Shown here piece after piece: positions 49,832-62,000 of a DNA stretch of 64,000 bases. The DNA lies in assembly GCA_973895155.1 (NCBI GenBank), contig OZ316893.1:13346359-13410358 (forward strand), given 5' to 3'. The stretch's first letter is position 1; each line of letters starts with the position of its first letter. The notes beneath the pieces were generated by a model, which was not told the origin of the DNA, made no database searches, and worked only from the letters and a program-made list of their open reading frames with translations. A program made the position numbers and the translations under genes. This DNA comes from Marsupella aquatica (Eukaryota > Plantae > Marchantiophyta).

Positions 49832-50181
49832 TGAAGCCGTTGTGTGCATACACATCATTACACAACATACATGGCATGTCACACATATCCATACATAAGC
49901 ATAAACAAACATAAAAGAATGGGCTACAAGTGGAACTCATGTCCACATATGTCCAAAATCCACAATGCACTCAAGGAATCAACGTTGCATAGAAGGAGCT
50001 CTAAGCCACCATAGCCACAACTCAAGCTCCCCTCTCCAAGGCTCATCATCAAAAGACTCACAATGGGAGAAGTACTCTCCACACAAACCCAATTGAATCC
50101 TATTAACTCAAATAACATACATACAAAACATACAAACCTAGATACTATGATATGCTATAATACTACCTAGAATGGTGTGAC
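49832..50181 (-). mobile_element. Probable solo LTR (gypsy-like), copy 2
   Basis: Reverse-complement homolog of 39518-39994, sharing GAGCCTTGGAGAGGGGAGCT..TGGCTATGGTGGCT..GATTCCTTGAGTGCA. Confidence 0.55.
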
Positions 50182-50499
50182 CAAGGGTGTCGAACTCGGT
50201 GTCGAAACACCTCATCTTCATTGGAATTCTAGGCTCGGGGCTTTCAGTTCTACAAAACTGATACATCACGTGTGACGAAGGATAGGGTCATTAAGAATTT
50301 TCTCAGAAGAACAATATGGTCTTTTAAATTAAGAAGATAAGAATCTATAATTTACAATAATGGAACCCGAAGGATAGGGTCATTAAGAATAAAAATCTTA
50401 CATTTTGGGGGGTTCGAGGCCTAAAAATGATGCAGGTGATGGGAAGGCCTACATATAGTGAGGCCCCCAAGGTCCTAGGTCAAACATTGTGGTCTATCC

Positions 50500-50822
50500 T
50501 GTTAGGGTTAACTCTTAGTCTTGGATTAACCTCTCTTAGTGAATCGCATTAGAAACTTAGTGGTGGTTAGACATGACTAGAGTGCTGTGGGGAGTGCCTA
50601 GCATCTAGAGGGGCAAAGGGAGAACTCCTACTTAGGTGAGACTCATGCTCATTTGTGGGGCAGCAAACTAGGAGCTAGGCTAACAATCTTGAAGCTCTAC
50701 TTAGAAGCTTGGTGTGTCTATGGTGGTCAAAGTGTAGTAAAGCCCATGTATTCCTGTGATGTAGCCTTGACCAAGGTGAACCATGTAATCATGCAGTCAG
50801 TGTGATTGCCATAATTTTAACA
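50500..50822 (+). mobile_element. Copia-type solo LTR
   Basis: TGTTAGGG...TTTAACA with a perfect TSD TATCC; contains GATGTAGCCTT..AGGTGAACCATGTA. Confidence 0.85.
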
Positions 50823-52389
50823 TATCCCAGGCTCATCTATCTTATGGTACTAGCAAGGTCTAATATTTCTCACTCAATTTGGAGTGGAAAGCTTACTCTA
50901 CTTTGTTTATTTATCTATTGTATTTGTATGTTTGACTGAATTACACTGAACAGTGGCTACTGGGCAGCACCCCTATATAATATATATATATAATAGCCAA
51001 GAAAGGCCAATAAATACAATAGCCAAAGTATACAATTTATGATAGCATGCAATATCAGGTGTGAGTCTCTTTGGGTCCATGTACCTCTTCCCTCACACCA
51101 TATATTATCATGGTAAAAGGGAGTTTGTAACAAACACTAGGGTTTGTCAAAATTGTGCTCAATATGGTATGTATGGTTTGCCTATTGTCAAACTGACAGG
51201 ATATAACCAGATGCTACAGGCAGGGGATAATAATGCACTTTGAAGTCTAAAGGTTATCAATTGAGAAGGGTCTGTGTTAGTTTAGGTCTTATTGGCTTTT
51301 TGGCCTTTTTGGTCTCCTTGGTGTTGTTTTTCCTTGTTTTCTCTCCTTTATGGGGTCTTCTATACGAGGGTCACCTGGGAGTTGGTCACATATGGTGTTC
51401 TCCTATACCTATGTATAATATACCATTGTCTATACTACCACACCACAGGATGTACCCCATGGTGTAGATCCACAAGAACACAAGCTCTATAGGATAGTCC
51501 TCCTTGGGGCCAGTGGTACCATTTGCATGTCCTCTAGTAGTTTTATGACAAAAAACAAGTTTGAGACTTGGTGCAAACCTTTCGTTGACTAAGCAAAGTG
51601 GTGACCAAAAGAAGTGAAGTGTTGGGAGCTACAATTCTCAGCCAGATATGAGTTTAGAGTAGCCAGAGGTGGGTGGCTGGCACCATAATTTTAAAGGTTT
51701 TACCTTTCTCTCCACTTTGGTGAGTGTCGTTGGGTGATAAGTCTCTCGCTGGCTCAAACTTGCGTCCCCTTTACAGAAAACCTATTTCTAAAGAACGTTT
51801 TTGGCTGTGTGGAGTCCTACAAATGCACTATAACTCCAAATTCAGCCAAATTCATATTTGTGAAGCTGCTAAATGGAATCCAGATTTAGCTGATGTGTTG
51901 AAGTTTGGAAAGAAATTATATTTGAATAGGAAACAATAGATACTTTATTTTAATTGATTTTCACCACAAAATTGGAATAAAAATATCAATTAGAAATTGT
52001 TTGGATAAGTTGGTTAGGTTTTGTAGAGGGGGTGACCTTGCTAACAATACCCTTACTTGCTGGAGCAAATTATTGTTTGCTGGCATCTTACAAAACCTGC
52101 TTCAATTTCAACAGCTAGCAACAGCACTAAGAGCAGCAGCACCAGCAATGATCGCAGCACAAATTAGAGCAACTCCGGTCACAGAATAGGCAGCAAAACA
52201 TATACATTTAAGGTCGGCTGGTATCCTTTTATGCGATATTACGAGCCCTATGTCAGTGCGTTGCACTGTGCAAGGAAGGCCAATGCCTGTGCCTGGTCTG
52301 ATCTTTGTTTCCGTGGTATGATTACACATCATTCGGTACTAATTTCTTGGATTCAGTCACAGTTGAGACTTATACGTCACTACTGTAGC

Positions 52390-52845
52390 AGCCATGTGTT
52401 GGGGCAAGGAGCCAAGGAGGGCCTGAAGCCCTATAATTCGCGCAGCGAGGCCAGGGCGTCAGCAGCCCTATAATGAGTGCATGGACTCCACGGAGGGGAG
52501 GAGTATTAATCGCGAGGAGGGCTTGAAGCCCTATGCGCGAGGCATTGACCCTCTCGCCGGCTCGCCTTCATGATGCCCTCGATGCCACGTGCCCTCACAT
52601 CCTTGATGCCAGGCATAATGAGTGCACGGAGGGGAGGAGTGCGAGGGAGCATTCGCACAGGACTGCGTCTGCCTGCGTGCCTCATTTGAAGATGGTATTA
52701 AAAGATCGGGCGGATACAAAAAATCAGATACTTGTATCTAACGGTCAAGTTTGATTCCCACTAAAATTCAAATTTGTAACGGGACAACGGACGAAATTGG
52801 CAAAATGGGTGGCTTTGCCTATTATAGTGTTAGAGATGTTAGAGA
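52390..52845 (-). mobile_element. Helitron-like 5' terminal region
   Basis: The minus strand begins A|TCTCTAACACTATAATAGG, a TC start in a CTATA-rich context. Internal short repeats include GAAGCCCTAT and ATAATGAGTGCA..GGAGGGGAGGAGT. Confidence 0.4.
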
Positions 52846-53058
52846 TAGTTGATTGTATATAGTTGACCTGCATATGCAGAGAGACCGTATACAGGAGACT
52901 ATACATTCCATAAAAGGATAAGTGCCTACCTTAACACTACCTTAAGGTTGTTAAACATTGATAAAACTTCTGTTGTTTTGGTACTGACAGCACCCTGAAT
53001 ACCTAGCCACTGCGCTGGCAATCACATTATGCTAGTACATCATATGTTCGGGTCTCGG

Positions 53059-53179
53059 TAACTGCACATCAAAATATGACATATACTATGTACGACACCC
53101 CTGCATACAGTGATAATGCTAGTTTTTTCCTTTCAATCAATGAATGCAACCACATTTTGATGTGTGATTACCAGCAGGG
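53059..53179. repeat. Short dispersed MITE-like repeat, copy 2
   Basis: Reverse complement of about 28045-28166. Confidence 0.7.
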
Positions 53180-54939
53180 CATATGTTCATATCATGGTTT
53201 GGTACGTTTTTATGAGACTGGGAAAAAGTGCTGATGTGTCAGGGTATCCGTGAACCAGAAACTAAATGAAAGACTAGACCACCTTAACGAAATGCAGCAG
53301 TGATTGGCTTTAGTGGCAGGAGCTAATGCAAGGGGAGGACCCAAAGGAATAGGGAGTAGTTTTGGATTGATCCCGAGATTGATCAACATGGAAAGATAGA
53401 CGGAGAATTATGGTGCCCCAGCCAGATTAACAAAAATTATAAAGTAGTTTGTGACCATGGCATAATTCACACATTGAACTAAACAATAAATCTTTGTATT
53501 TTTACAGGCCTTGGAGAGCATAATTACACTTGCCTTCAATTCCCCACTCTGTCTCTCACCTCATCGATGCTCACACATATCAGAAATGACAGAACACGAA
53601 AGAAACACTTTAAGATTGTAATTTTTCTTTTCAAAAGCAAAACAAAAATTCTTTACCCTCAAGAATCTTGGAAAATAAATCCCTTAGCCCAAGGACCAAA
53701 AATCAAGTCTGGAAATTACATCTTCTCTCTCCTTTGTGCTCTACAATAACGTTGACTCTCCCTCTCTATGGTGGATGCTCTTTCTACTTCCCAGCAGCCG
53801 GCATTTTTTTTAGTGGCAAATATTTGCCAAATTCCACCTCACTGAAAAATCCTTTAGCCAGGCCTTTTGTACTCAATTAGCCAGTTTCACCTAGCCAGGG
53901 ATTCACCCCATTATTCAGAAACTGTTGGTTATCCTCAAATGTAGGGAAATTTTGTAGTCAGAAATTAATCTAGTAATATTAGATGAATAATCTCAGCAAA
54001 GAAATATATACATATTGTTTTCCCCTCATATGAGAATATATGCCAAGGCGAGTTAAGTTTTCCGTTGCAACACGGAAATACTGCAGGAACAATTTTTCCT
54101 GTTTCATGGCATGGTACTGATACCCAAACAGAAGTGCCCGCTGAAAGTAATCCAGTTAGCAGCTGGGCATTTTGCAGTAAAAACATGTTTGTTACTCACA
54201 CTTTATTCAAAAGTACAAAAACAAGGAGGTTTAAAATTAGACAAAGAATCACAGTTCCTTTGGACTCAGGATCACATGTACTAAAATTAGTGTTATTAGC
54301 ACTGACAGCAATCACGTGTAGTCTATCTATCTATTCTATGCTTATATCTAAACCACTACCAAACTACAAAAAGCGTCATATCAGGATCCCAAATTCTCAA
54401 TGGCAAGAAACCCAAAAAAACCCAGCAAAAGGGGGGGGGGGGGTGTTAATTTGTTTCTTTCTTGTCGATCGTGAGCAACTAGAAACGACTCCACCAGTCC
54501 ACCGTTCCTGAGGGCTCTCCCCTCCCTTTGCCTCAGCGTCTGCTACTGTATCGGCTGCTATTGTAACGAGGAGGAAACGCGACGGTACGACGACGGTCGA
54601 GCCCATCAGATATGCTGCGCATCCATCCACCAGATCCTGCGAATCCCGTAACCAACCGACAGCTCCGGGTTTTGCCGACGGTGGTCCAGCCGAGCCTGGG
54701 CGGCGTACAGGATGGGGGGTGACCAGGGGCGGGGAAAGGGCGGTAGGGTAAATCAAGGTGGGACCGCTCGCTGCCCGGTTTGCCGTGGTTCGGCTGCCTT
54801 TGTGCGGGTGCCTGGTTCGGGAGCGGGCAGTTTCGGTCTGGTTTCCCGCGGGGGCGATGTTACGGGGGACCGGGGACGGTCCGACGCGGGCGCCCAGGCA
54901 AGGAAAGGCAAGGCACGGCTATTAAATGATTAATTGAAG

Positions 54940-56530
54940 AAAAAAAGTTGGCTAAGTTATGACCAAAAATGACCAAGACTTTTCCTTGAGATGGAATTTG
55001 GTAAATTTTTGCCATTTGGAAAACTGTGGAGGCCAGACGAGGCAAGGGAAGGGGAGGCAAGACAAGGTAGGCAGTTTGGGTCTGGTTTCTTGTGGGGGCC
55101 ATGTTTTGGGGGATGGGTCTGACTGGGAGCCAAGGCAAGAAAAGGCAAGGCTGCATATTTTTTGAGGTGTTTCCTCTTTCGCTAGGGTGGTGAATGCCAA
55201 CTTGTGTGAAAGAGTGTGCTAATATGTGACCTTCAGATTTCACTAGATTTAAAGGTAACCATTGGATTCTAGCTAGTGGGGCCTATGACATGATTAATTG
55301 GAGGAAAACAGTGATGATCTAGGAGGTGATCAAAATGTCAGCTCTTGTGAAAGTGAACATGCTCAAAATATTGTTTATCTGATTTTCTTAGACTAATTTT
55401 TATCATATTTTCCTAGATCAAAGAATGCACATCCGAGTAGGACTCAAGGGGTCCTTGGTTAGTGAGGAAACTGGTTAACCCAAGAATTAAAGATTGGCTA
55501 TTTTTCTTCTAAAACATAACCAGTACTTTCCAGTGGGGTGGAATTGGCAAACTTTTGCCACTTGAAAATGTTGTTGCCAAGAGCAAAGTACAGAAAGGCA
55601 AGGTAAGTTTTAAGGGTTTTCTTCCTCACTAAGGTGGGAGTTTAAGGGTTTCCTTCCTCACTAAGGTGGGAGTGTCTTTTTACGTGAAAGAAAAGATGTA
55701 AAAACTATTTCTCATTTGATTTTCTTAGATTCATATATGACTGTTGGATTTCCCAAGATTTAAGGTAACTGCTAGGTTCTGGCTGATCCAAAGATAGAAT
55801 TTCCACTCAAAATGACCAAGACTTCAATGATGTTGAATTTGGCAAATTTTCTGGACTAGAAACTGACTGTTAGATTCCCAATACGTAAGGACAACCGTCA
55901 GATTCAGCAGTGGTAGGTGGAAACGGGCCAGTGAAAGAAAATAAATTATGTTACAATTTCTGCAAAATGACCAAGAATTTTCAGTCAGGTGGAATTTGAC
56001 AGAATTTCCTGGATTGATGTCCGACCATCAGATTTGCTAGCCGGGTCTGTGGTCAAGTGGCAAATCCCAATCTTAGACAAAAGAAACTTGGCTAAGTCTC
56101 TCAAAAAATGACCAAGACTTTTCAGTGCGGCAAACTTTGGCAAATCTCATCAAAGTAAGCATCCTATATTAATGTCAACCACTAGATTGGCTAATGGGGT
56201 CTGGGGTCAGGTGGCGAACCCCAATCTTAGACAGAAAAACTTGACCAATTTTCTCAAAAAAGGACCAAGACTTTTCAGTGAGGCAAACTTTGGCAAAATC
56301 TCCTCTCATAAAAAACTTCTTAAGATTAAGGCCCAACCATAAGATTGGCTAATGGGGTTCTTAGATCAATGTCCAACCATAAGATTGGCTAATGGGTTCT
56401 TAGATTAATGTCCCACCATTAGATTGGCTAATGGGTTCTTAGATTAATGTCCCACCATTAGATTGGCCCCAATCTTAGACAAAAACAAAAGAAATTTGGC
56501 TAATTTTTTCACAAAAAATGACCAACTCTT
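54940..56530. repeat. Repeat-rich upstream block (AAAATGACCAAGACTTT and GATTGGCTAATGGG units), probably TE-derived
   Basis: The first motif occurs about six times (near 54967, 55810, 55964, 56106, 56259, 56515). Tandem units of about 40 bp lie at 56336-56468. There is an inverted match between about 53813-53848 and 55532-55562. Confidence 0.6.
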
Positions 56531-57012
56531 TTTTTTTTCTTGAAAAGAATACTTTACTTATAGTAAAAGTAAATGACCAACGCTTTTCAGTACTACGAAA
56601 CTTTCCCAAACTCTCATCCCATAAAAAACGCCGGCTTGGGCAGGGCACACGCGGAAGTAGAATGGGGAGCGGGCAGTTTGGTGGAGGTTCGGGGACGGGG
56701 ACCGGGACGGGGTTGGGGATGGGGTCGGGCGGGGGGCGGAGAGGCCGTCAGGGCAGAGGAGGGCAGGGCAGGGCAGGGGCGGCAAACGAAGGGCAGGGGA
56801 GATGGAGGGAATGGGGGGAGCCCGTGACTACTACAATTGCAGCGTGGCAAGCGCCCTCGGGTGGTACCAGCGAACGGTGGAGAGAGGAGATCGCCGCGCC
56901 TGCAGCTCTTCTTCTCCGGGAGCGAAGCGAGGGAGTCAAGGGCAGAACCCAGACTCTTCAGCGACATTTGCTCCACATTTTGTCTTCCTGCAGAGTAGTT
57001 ACGGGAGCCCGG

Positions 57013-57063
57013 AGGAGAGGAGAGGAGAGGAGAGGAGAGGAGAGGAGAGGAGAGGAGAGGAGA
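57013..57063. repeat. (GGAGA)n pentanucleotide microsatellite near the presumed kinase TSS
   Basis: About ten perfect units. Confidence 0.95.
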
Positions 57064-58397
57064 AGCGAAGCGGAGGAGGACAGTGTCGTGTAGGGCCACA
57101 GGAGGGAGCGCTGATCGTCGGCGTGGTCGAGGTTGTGAGATCACGCGTAGCGAAATGTTTACGAAGCAAATCCAGCGCGGAAGAGAGTAGATTGTGGATG
57201 CAGGAGAAGTCTGCGTGCGTGCGGGAGTGCATCATTCTATCGTCGTCGTCGTACTAGAGCGCACGGCAACGGAAGCACAAGCAGAGACGAAGTCCCGCAC
57301 GAAGAGATTGCTGCTGCATGGCCTTTTTGCTCTCATCGTCGCCCATCTTCCCGGCGCTAACTTCCTCTTCTTCGTCTACTTGTTCTTCCATTACTGGCGC
57401 ACTGGAGGGCGTCAGCTCTTCTGTGTTTTGGAGTATGTGATCGTCATCGTAATTGGCGATATGGATGACCGTTTCTGCCCCTTCTTCTTCCCCGGGTTTT
57501 GATTTGAACTTCAGATGTTGAAGCCTTCGGGCGTGGCTTCGATACGGTTCTTTTTGAGGCTCTTCTCCATCATCGCCTGCCATGTATCTCCCGTCTCCCG
57601 CCCTGTCTCTCCTCGCCGATCCCATCGCGCCTGACCTCGAGGAGAAGCTTATGCATGACATGACTTCCTGATTAGCGCTTCAAGGGGTGGCCCCGCGGTT
57701 CCTCGGAACGTCGACTTCCCCCCTTGGTGTTCTCGAATTCTTCCGTTTTCTGTAGGAACTGCGATATATTGATCTGCATGAATCATCTCGCTGTAATTGA
57801 GTATTGCGAGTAGAAGGTGATGTCTTGGTGGAGCAATTCGGGAAGGGCATTATTCTTCACCCTAGGGGTTTCGTGTATGCGCTGGCTGTGAAGAAGGCGG
57901 AGGAGCAATTGGTCATCTACAGGAGCTTGAATTCTGTTCACAAGCAGTAGTAACCGGTGATTGCCTCTTGCTGCAATCCTTCCCCTTCTTTGCGGCTTTC
58001 GCCTGCCTACTTCTGTTGTATTTTGAGAGCCGTAGCCCAGATTGCAAATGGAATTTCCGTCGGAGCATTTCTAGGCGCCTGCTCGGGAGAATTTCTTGAG
58101 AATTCGGGATCTCTCGTTGGTTGCATTCCACCGGGTGGTTTGCCGTACTGAATTGTTTACCATTGCTACATTCCGAGGGGGCCGTGCTTGGCAAGGATAC
58201 TTTGAATCCCGAGGACGGATGCCGGAAGTTTATAGTAAGTCATGGTGGAGACAAGCCTGGATTAGTTAGTTATGGTTGTGAGGGTAAGGCAAGCGATGAT
58301 TGTTCCCCATTCAGTCCAGGGAGGAGCAAATGGTTGCGTGATAGCAAGACATCTGCAGAGTAATCGGGATCTGTTCCAGCAGTCCGCAGCCGCGGCA

Positions 58398-58910
58398 ATG
58401 GAGAAGAAATCGAAGGATGGGGCTGAAAATGGTAGGCAAGGAGGAGGACATGAAACGGTGGTAGCATGGCAGCGGGCAACCTCGGAGAGTTCAATATCAT
58501 CGATGGACAGTTTGCACGCCGGAGAGCTGGTGTTCTCTCCATCAGACATTCCTCAATCTTTGTTGCACCGTAAGGCTCGGCTAGCTGCGCACACTTCTGA
58601 ATCGGATGACGAGTCTGTGCCGGATCCATTGCTAGAGGACTTCGTGAGCAAGAAAATCAGGCGCCCCTACCCAGGAGGAGGCACAGGTTTGCCGCAGCCC
58701 CACTCAGCGTCGTCTCTCAACGTGGATGAAGGTGATCCTGAGCCTAAGACTGGACTTGTAACGGATAGAGATTTTCCTGTTTATTCTGAAGAGGAAAATC
58801 GTTTTCGAGTGCGTACTAGTCCACTCTGGCTTGCATCTGCTATAAACGGTAGGTCTGGTTTTTATGATGCTTACAATGATCTATTCAGTGGGTCGTCAGA
58901 GGCTTTTTGA
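58398..58910 (+). CDS. Protein-like 170-aa upstream ORF (uORF, or alternative first coding exon) of the B4 Raf gene
   Basis: ATG in strong context (GCAATGG). The ORF is open for 513 nt and extends in frame to an ATG at 58272. The peptide is S/D/E-rich and ends SPLWLASAINGRSGFYDAYNDLFSGSSEAF. Its stop is 149 nt before the kinase ATG, which is in a different frame. Confidence 0.55.
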   Translation: MEKKSKDGAENGRQGGGHETVVAWQRATSESSISSMDSLHAGELVFSPSDIPQSLLHRKARLAAHTSESDDESVPDPLLEDFVSKKIRRPYPGGGTGLPQPHSASSLNVDEGDPEPKTGLVTDRDFPVYSEEENRFRVRTSPLWLASAINGRSGFYDAYNDLFSGSSEAF

Positions 58911-59059
58911 CCTAGTAGTGGATGCCCTGCCTTGTCGCTACCTAGCGTGCGGTGGTTTATCATCCTCTTGCAAGACTCTTCCTTCTGCTCCTGCCCAATC
59001 ATTACGTCCTTTGTATCGGTATCAAAATTGAATCTCACCGTGGCTCTTGTGATGTGGGA

Positions 59060-62000
59060 ATGACTGGCTCAGAGGTGGCAGACCATGGCTCTACCCCGTC
59101 AGACGATGGGAAAGATCAGTCTTCTCGGGTGAAATTCATGTGCAGCTTTGGCGGGAAGATATTTCCTCGGCCTTCGGATGGCAAGCTTCGGTATGTGGGA
59201 GGGGACACGAAAATTATCGCCGTTAATCGTGACACTAACTTCCTTGAACTCATGGCGAAGATGACGGAAGTGTATGGCGAATCCCTCATTCTGAAGTATC
59301 AGTTGCCCGATGAGGATCTTGATGCTCTTGTTTCCGTCTCATCAGATGAAGATTTAGAGAACATGATGGAGGAGTATGACAAACTGGAAAGGGGCGATGG
59401 ATCGTCAAGGCTCCGTGTGTTCCTATTCCCTTCTGTGGATTACGATTCTGCCTCTCATCACAAGGATGCAACTGGGGATTTGAGGAACTCTGAGCAACGC
59501 TATGTTGATGCTGTGAATGGCATTCCAAAGGTCGGATCAAGAAACAGGATCGATATCCATCCTGGAAGTGCTCCGATATTTCCGATGGATAATTTATTGG
59601 GGCTGGATGTGCCGGAGACATGGAGTATGCCACGAGACAGGGACGCAGTTCCAGTCGCCTTAGCAGCCCCTCAGGTCGTTCACGAAGTCGGGTCTCACCT
59701 TCTTCGCCTGCCGATTGCAGTCCCGGTTTCTACCATCTCGAGTAGGTCAACCGTACCCTCTGCCCCTTCTTCTGCTCCTTCTTCACCCCCCCTCCTTTCT
59801 CGGCAAGCTCATGGAAAATTGCCTATTGCTTCAGATATCCATCACCAATACCACCAGGATGCGCACGTGAAGATGGGCGCCCAGTACAATGTACTTGTGG
59901 CGGAAGGGAGTTTTCAGGAAAACGAGGGCTATGCAGCGTCTGCAGCATCTTCAGCTGCAAGCCAACAGCACGATCCTATGTATCGCAGTCCGGATTCTAG
60001 GAGGGTCGCCGACTCACCACCAAGGAAACAACACGAGCATGGACATCAACACGAGCATGGACATCCAGATCATTCCATGAGGGCCGAGCAACGACGTCTA
60101 TCTGAAACGCTGATGCCTCGGGTTGGTTCACACGGCAAACTCACCCGTCTGGGGGAGCACGTTGATAATGATACTCAGCAGATACCCGATGTGCTTGACA
60201 TGCAACGCCTCCACGAGCAGCGGCAGCAGCAACAGCAGCAACAGCAATCTCTTCATCAGGCTGTTTGGCAGCACCCGATGGACCCCCAAAATGAAAGTTA
60301 CAGGAGGGCCGATCTGCTTCAATCTTCGATCACCCAAAACGCTGTGTTGGGCCAGCAGCAACAGGGATATCAGCAGCATCAGCCAGTGTTATTTCGACCT
60401 GGACTTCCCCCTCAAGGACTGCCGAGCCACGAAACTGGATATCGGCAAGGAGATCAGCAACATCAGTATCCGGAAGAAGTGATTCATCACATGCCAAGAT
60501 CTGGTTCTTCCCATAATATGGCACCAGGTGTACCATCTGTTCAATCCACCTCCTACCACAACGTTGGCTCTGCTCCCTCTTCCCCTCGCCTGGGTTTCAG
60601 AGAGGTTCCATCTAGGCACGGACAGGCTCCACAGCAGATTCCACACTGGGCGTTCGGCGGCTCTTCCTTCACAGAACAACCACCGTCGTACGGTAGGAGG
60701 ATAAATTATGGTGATCAGTCGAGCAGATCTTACCGTCTTTCTAACTCTCCCCCAAAATATCGTGATCATTTGCTTCACTCGGATGAACGGCTGCTAAGGC
60801 AGCAGCAGCCTCTTGGAAATCCAGAACCTAAGCATCATGATCAGGTGCCCAAGTCTGCGCAGCTTTCGTACGAAAGTAATCCGATTCCTCAAACTTATGA
60901 CTTGCTGTCTAGGCCACAGGTTCCTCTTTATAAGGGGCTGAATCCTTTCCAGGAAAAACTAATCCCGTACCCAGATCACCAGGAAATTGGAGACACTAGA
61001 CGCCACCAAGTGCCCAAGCTAGGGAAAGATAATCAGTTTCTGCCCGGGCAACAGCATTTGCACGCGGTTCATTCAAATCAGAGGCTTGATTACCATGATC
61101 CACTGCTTCAGCAGAGTGATCAATCGTCTGGTAACCCCAGGTATCAAGACAATCAGCTTAAAGTTTCGGAGCGGGAGTCAGATGAAGGTCGGCTAGGGTT
61201 CAGGGGTAGGAGATCCGGGACGTTTGACGATGACCTGCACGTTGAGTCCGGTGTTTCTCACCAGAGAGAACTGCAGCACTCGAGTTACGCGGGCGTTCAC
61301 TTGCCCGACACTATTGACGATCCGCTTCCTGGACTCGCAGGGGATTTTACAGGGTTTCACAGCAAGGGCGACCGCCTTGATCATCCTGGTAGTGGTGGTT
61401 TGCCATATAGACCTGGATTGCTCCCACCAAGTGCCTTGAGTGGCTACTCAGCGCCCAAGCCTCGCACCAACCTCTCAGAAATTGCAGGTGTCCCAAGGTA
61501 TGTACCAAGATCTAACGAGCCAGACTATTTGGCTGCCGAAAGAATACTCAGAACTGGTGGTAATATTCAGGAGCCACCAAGAACTGCAGTTTATGATGTG
61601 AATGGGCATCAGCAGACGTCTTCAGGGCTGGGCCAGGGCTTGCAGTTTCCTCCTGCTTTTCACAGGTTGGAGGATAGGCCTGGTGGGTCTACTTTCACTC
61701 TCATCACACAGCCGTTGCAAAATTTGAGACCCAGTGACAATATTTCGATGGGTAATGAGATTCGATGGAATGGAGGTCTGGGTCCAGATGATGTGAGGAT
61801 TGAAGCTTCCCAGGGTCGAGATATGCTAGGAAATTTCTACGAAGACCGTCACCATAATCTTGCGATGAGTAGGGGTAGCAGGCTCAGCAGACCTTCGAGT
61901 TCAACTAACATCCCTAGTCTTGTAGAGGACGAAAGAGGGGACAATGCACACCTACAGTCATACGGGACACAGCGCATAAGTAGCAGCCTTATAGATGAGG

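Noticed and set aside
57254-57661. 135-aa acidic antisense ORF, plus other ORFs at 56518-57502
   Set aside because: Explained by CTT/CT-rich leader sequence, G-rich tracts and the GGAGA microsatellite; no recognisable domain.
58952-59059. GTG-initiated N-terminal extension of the kinase in the ORF track
   Set aside because: Non-ATG start and leader-like composition; the first ATG in this frame is at 59060.
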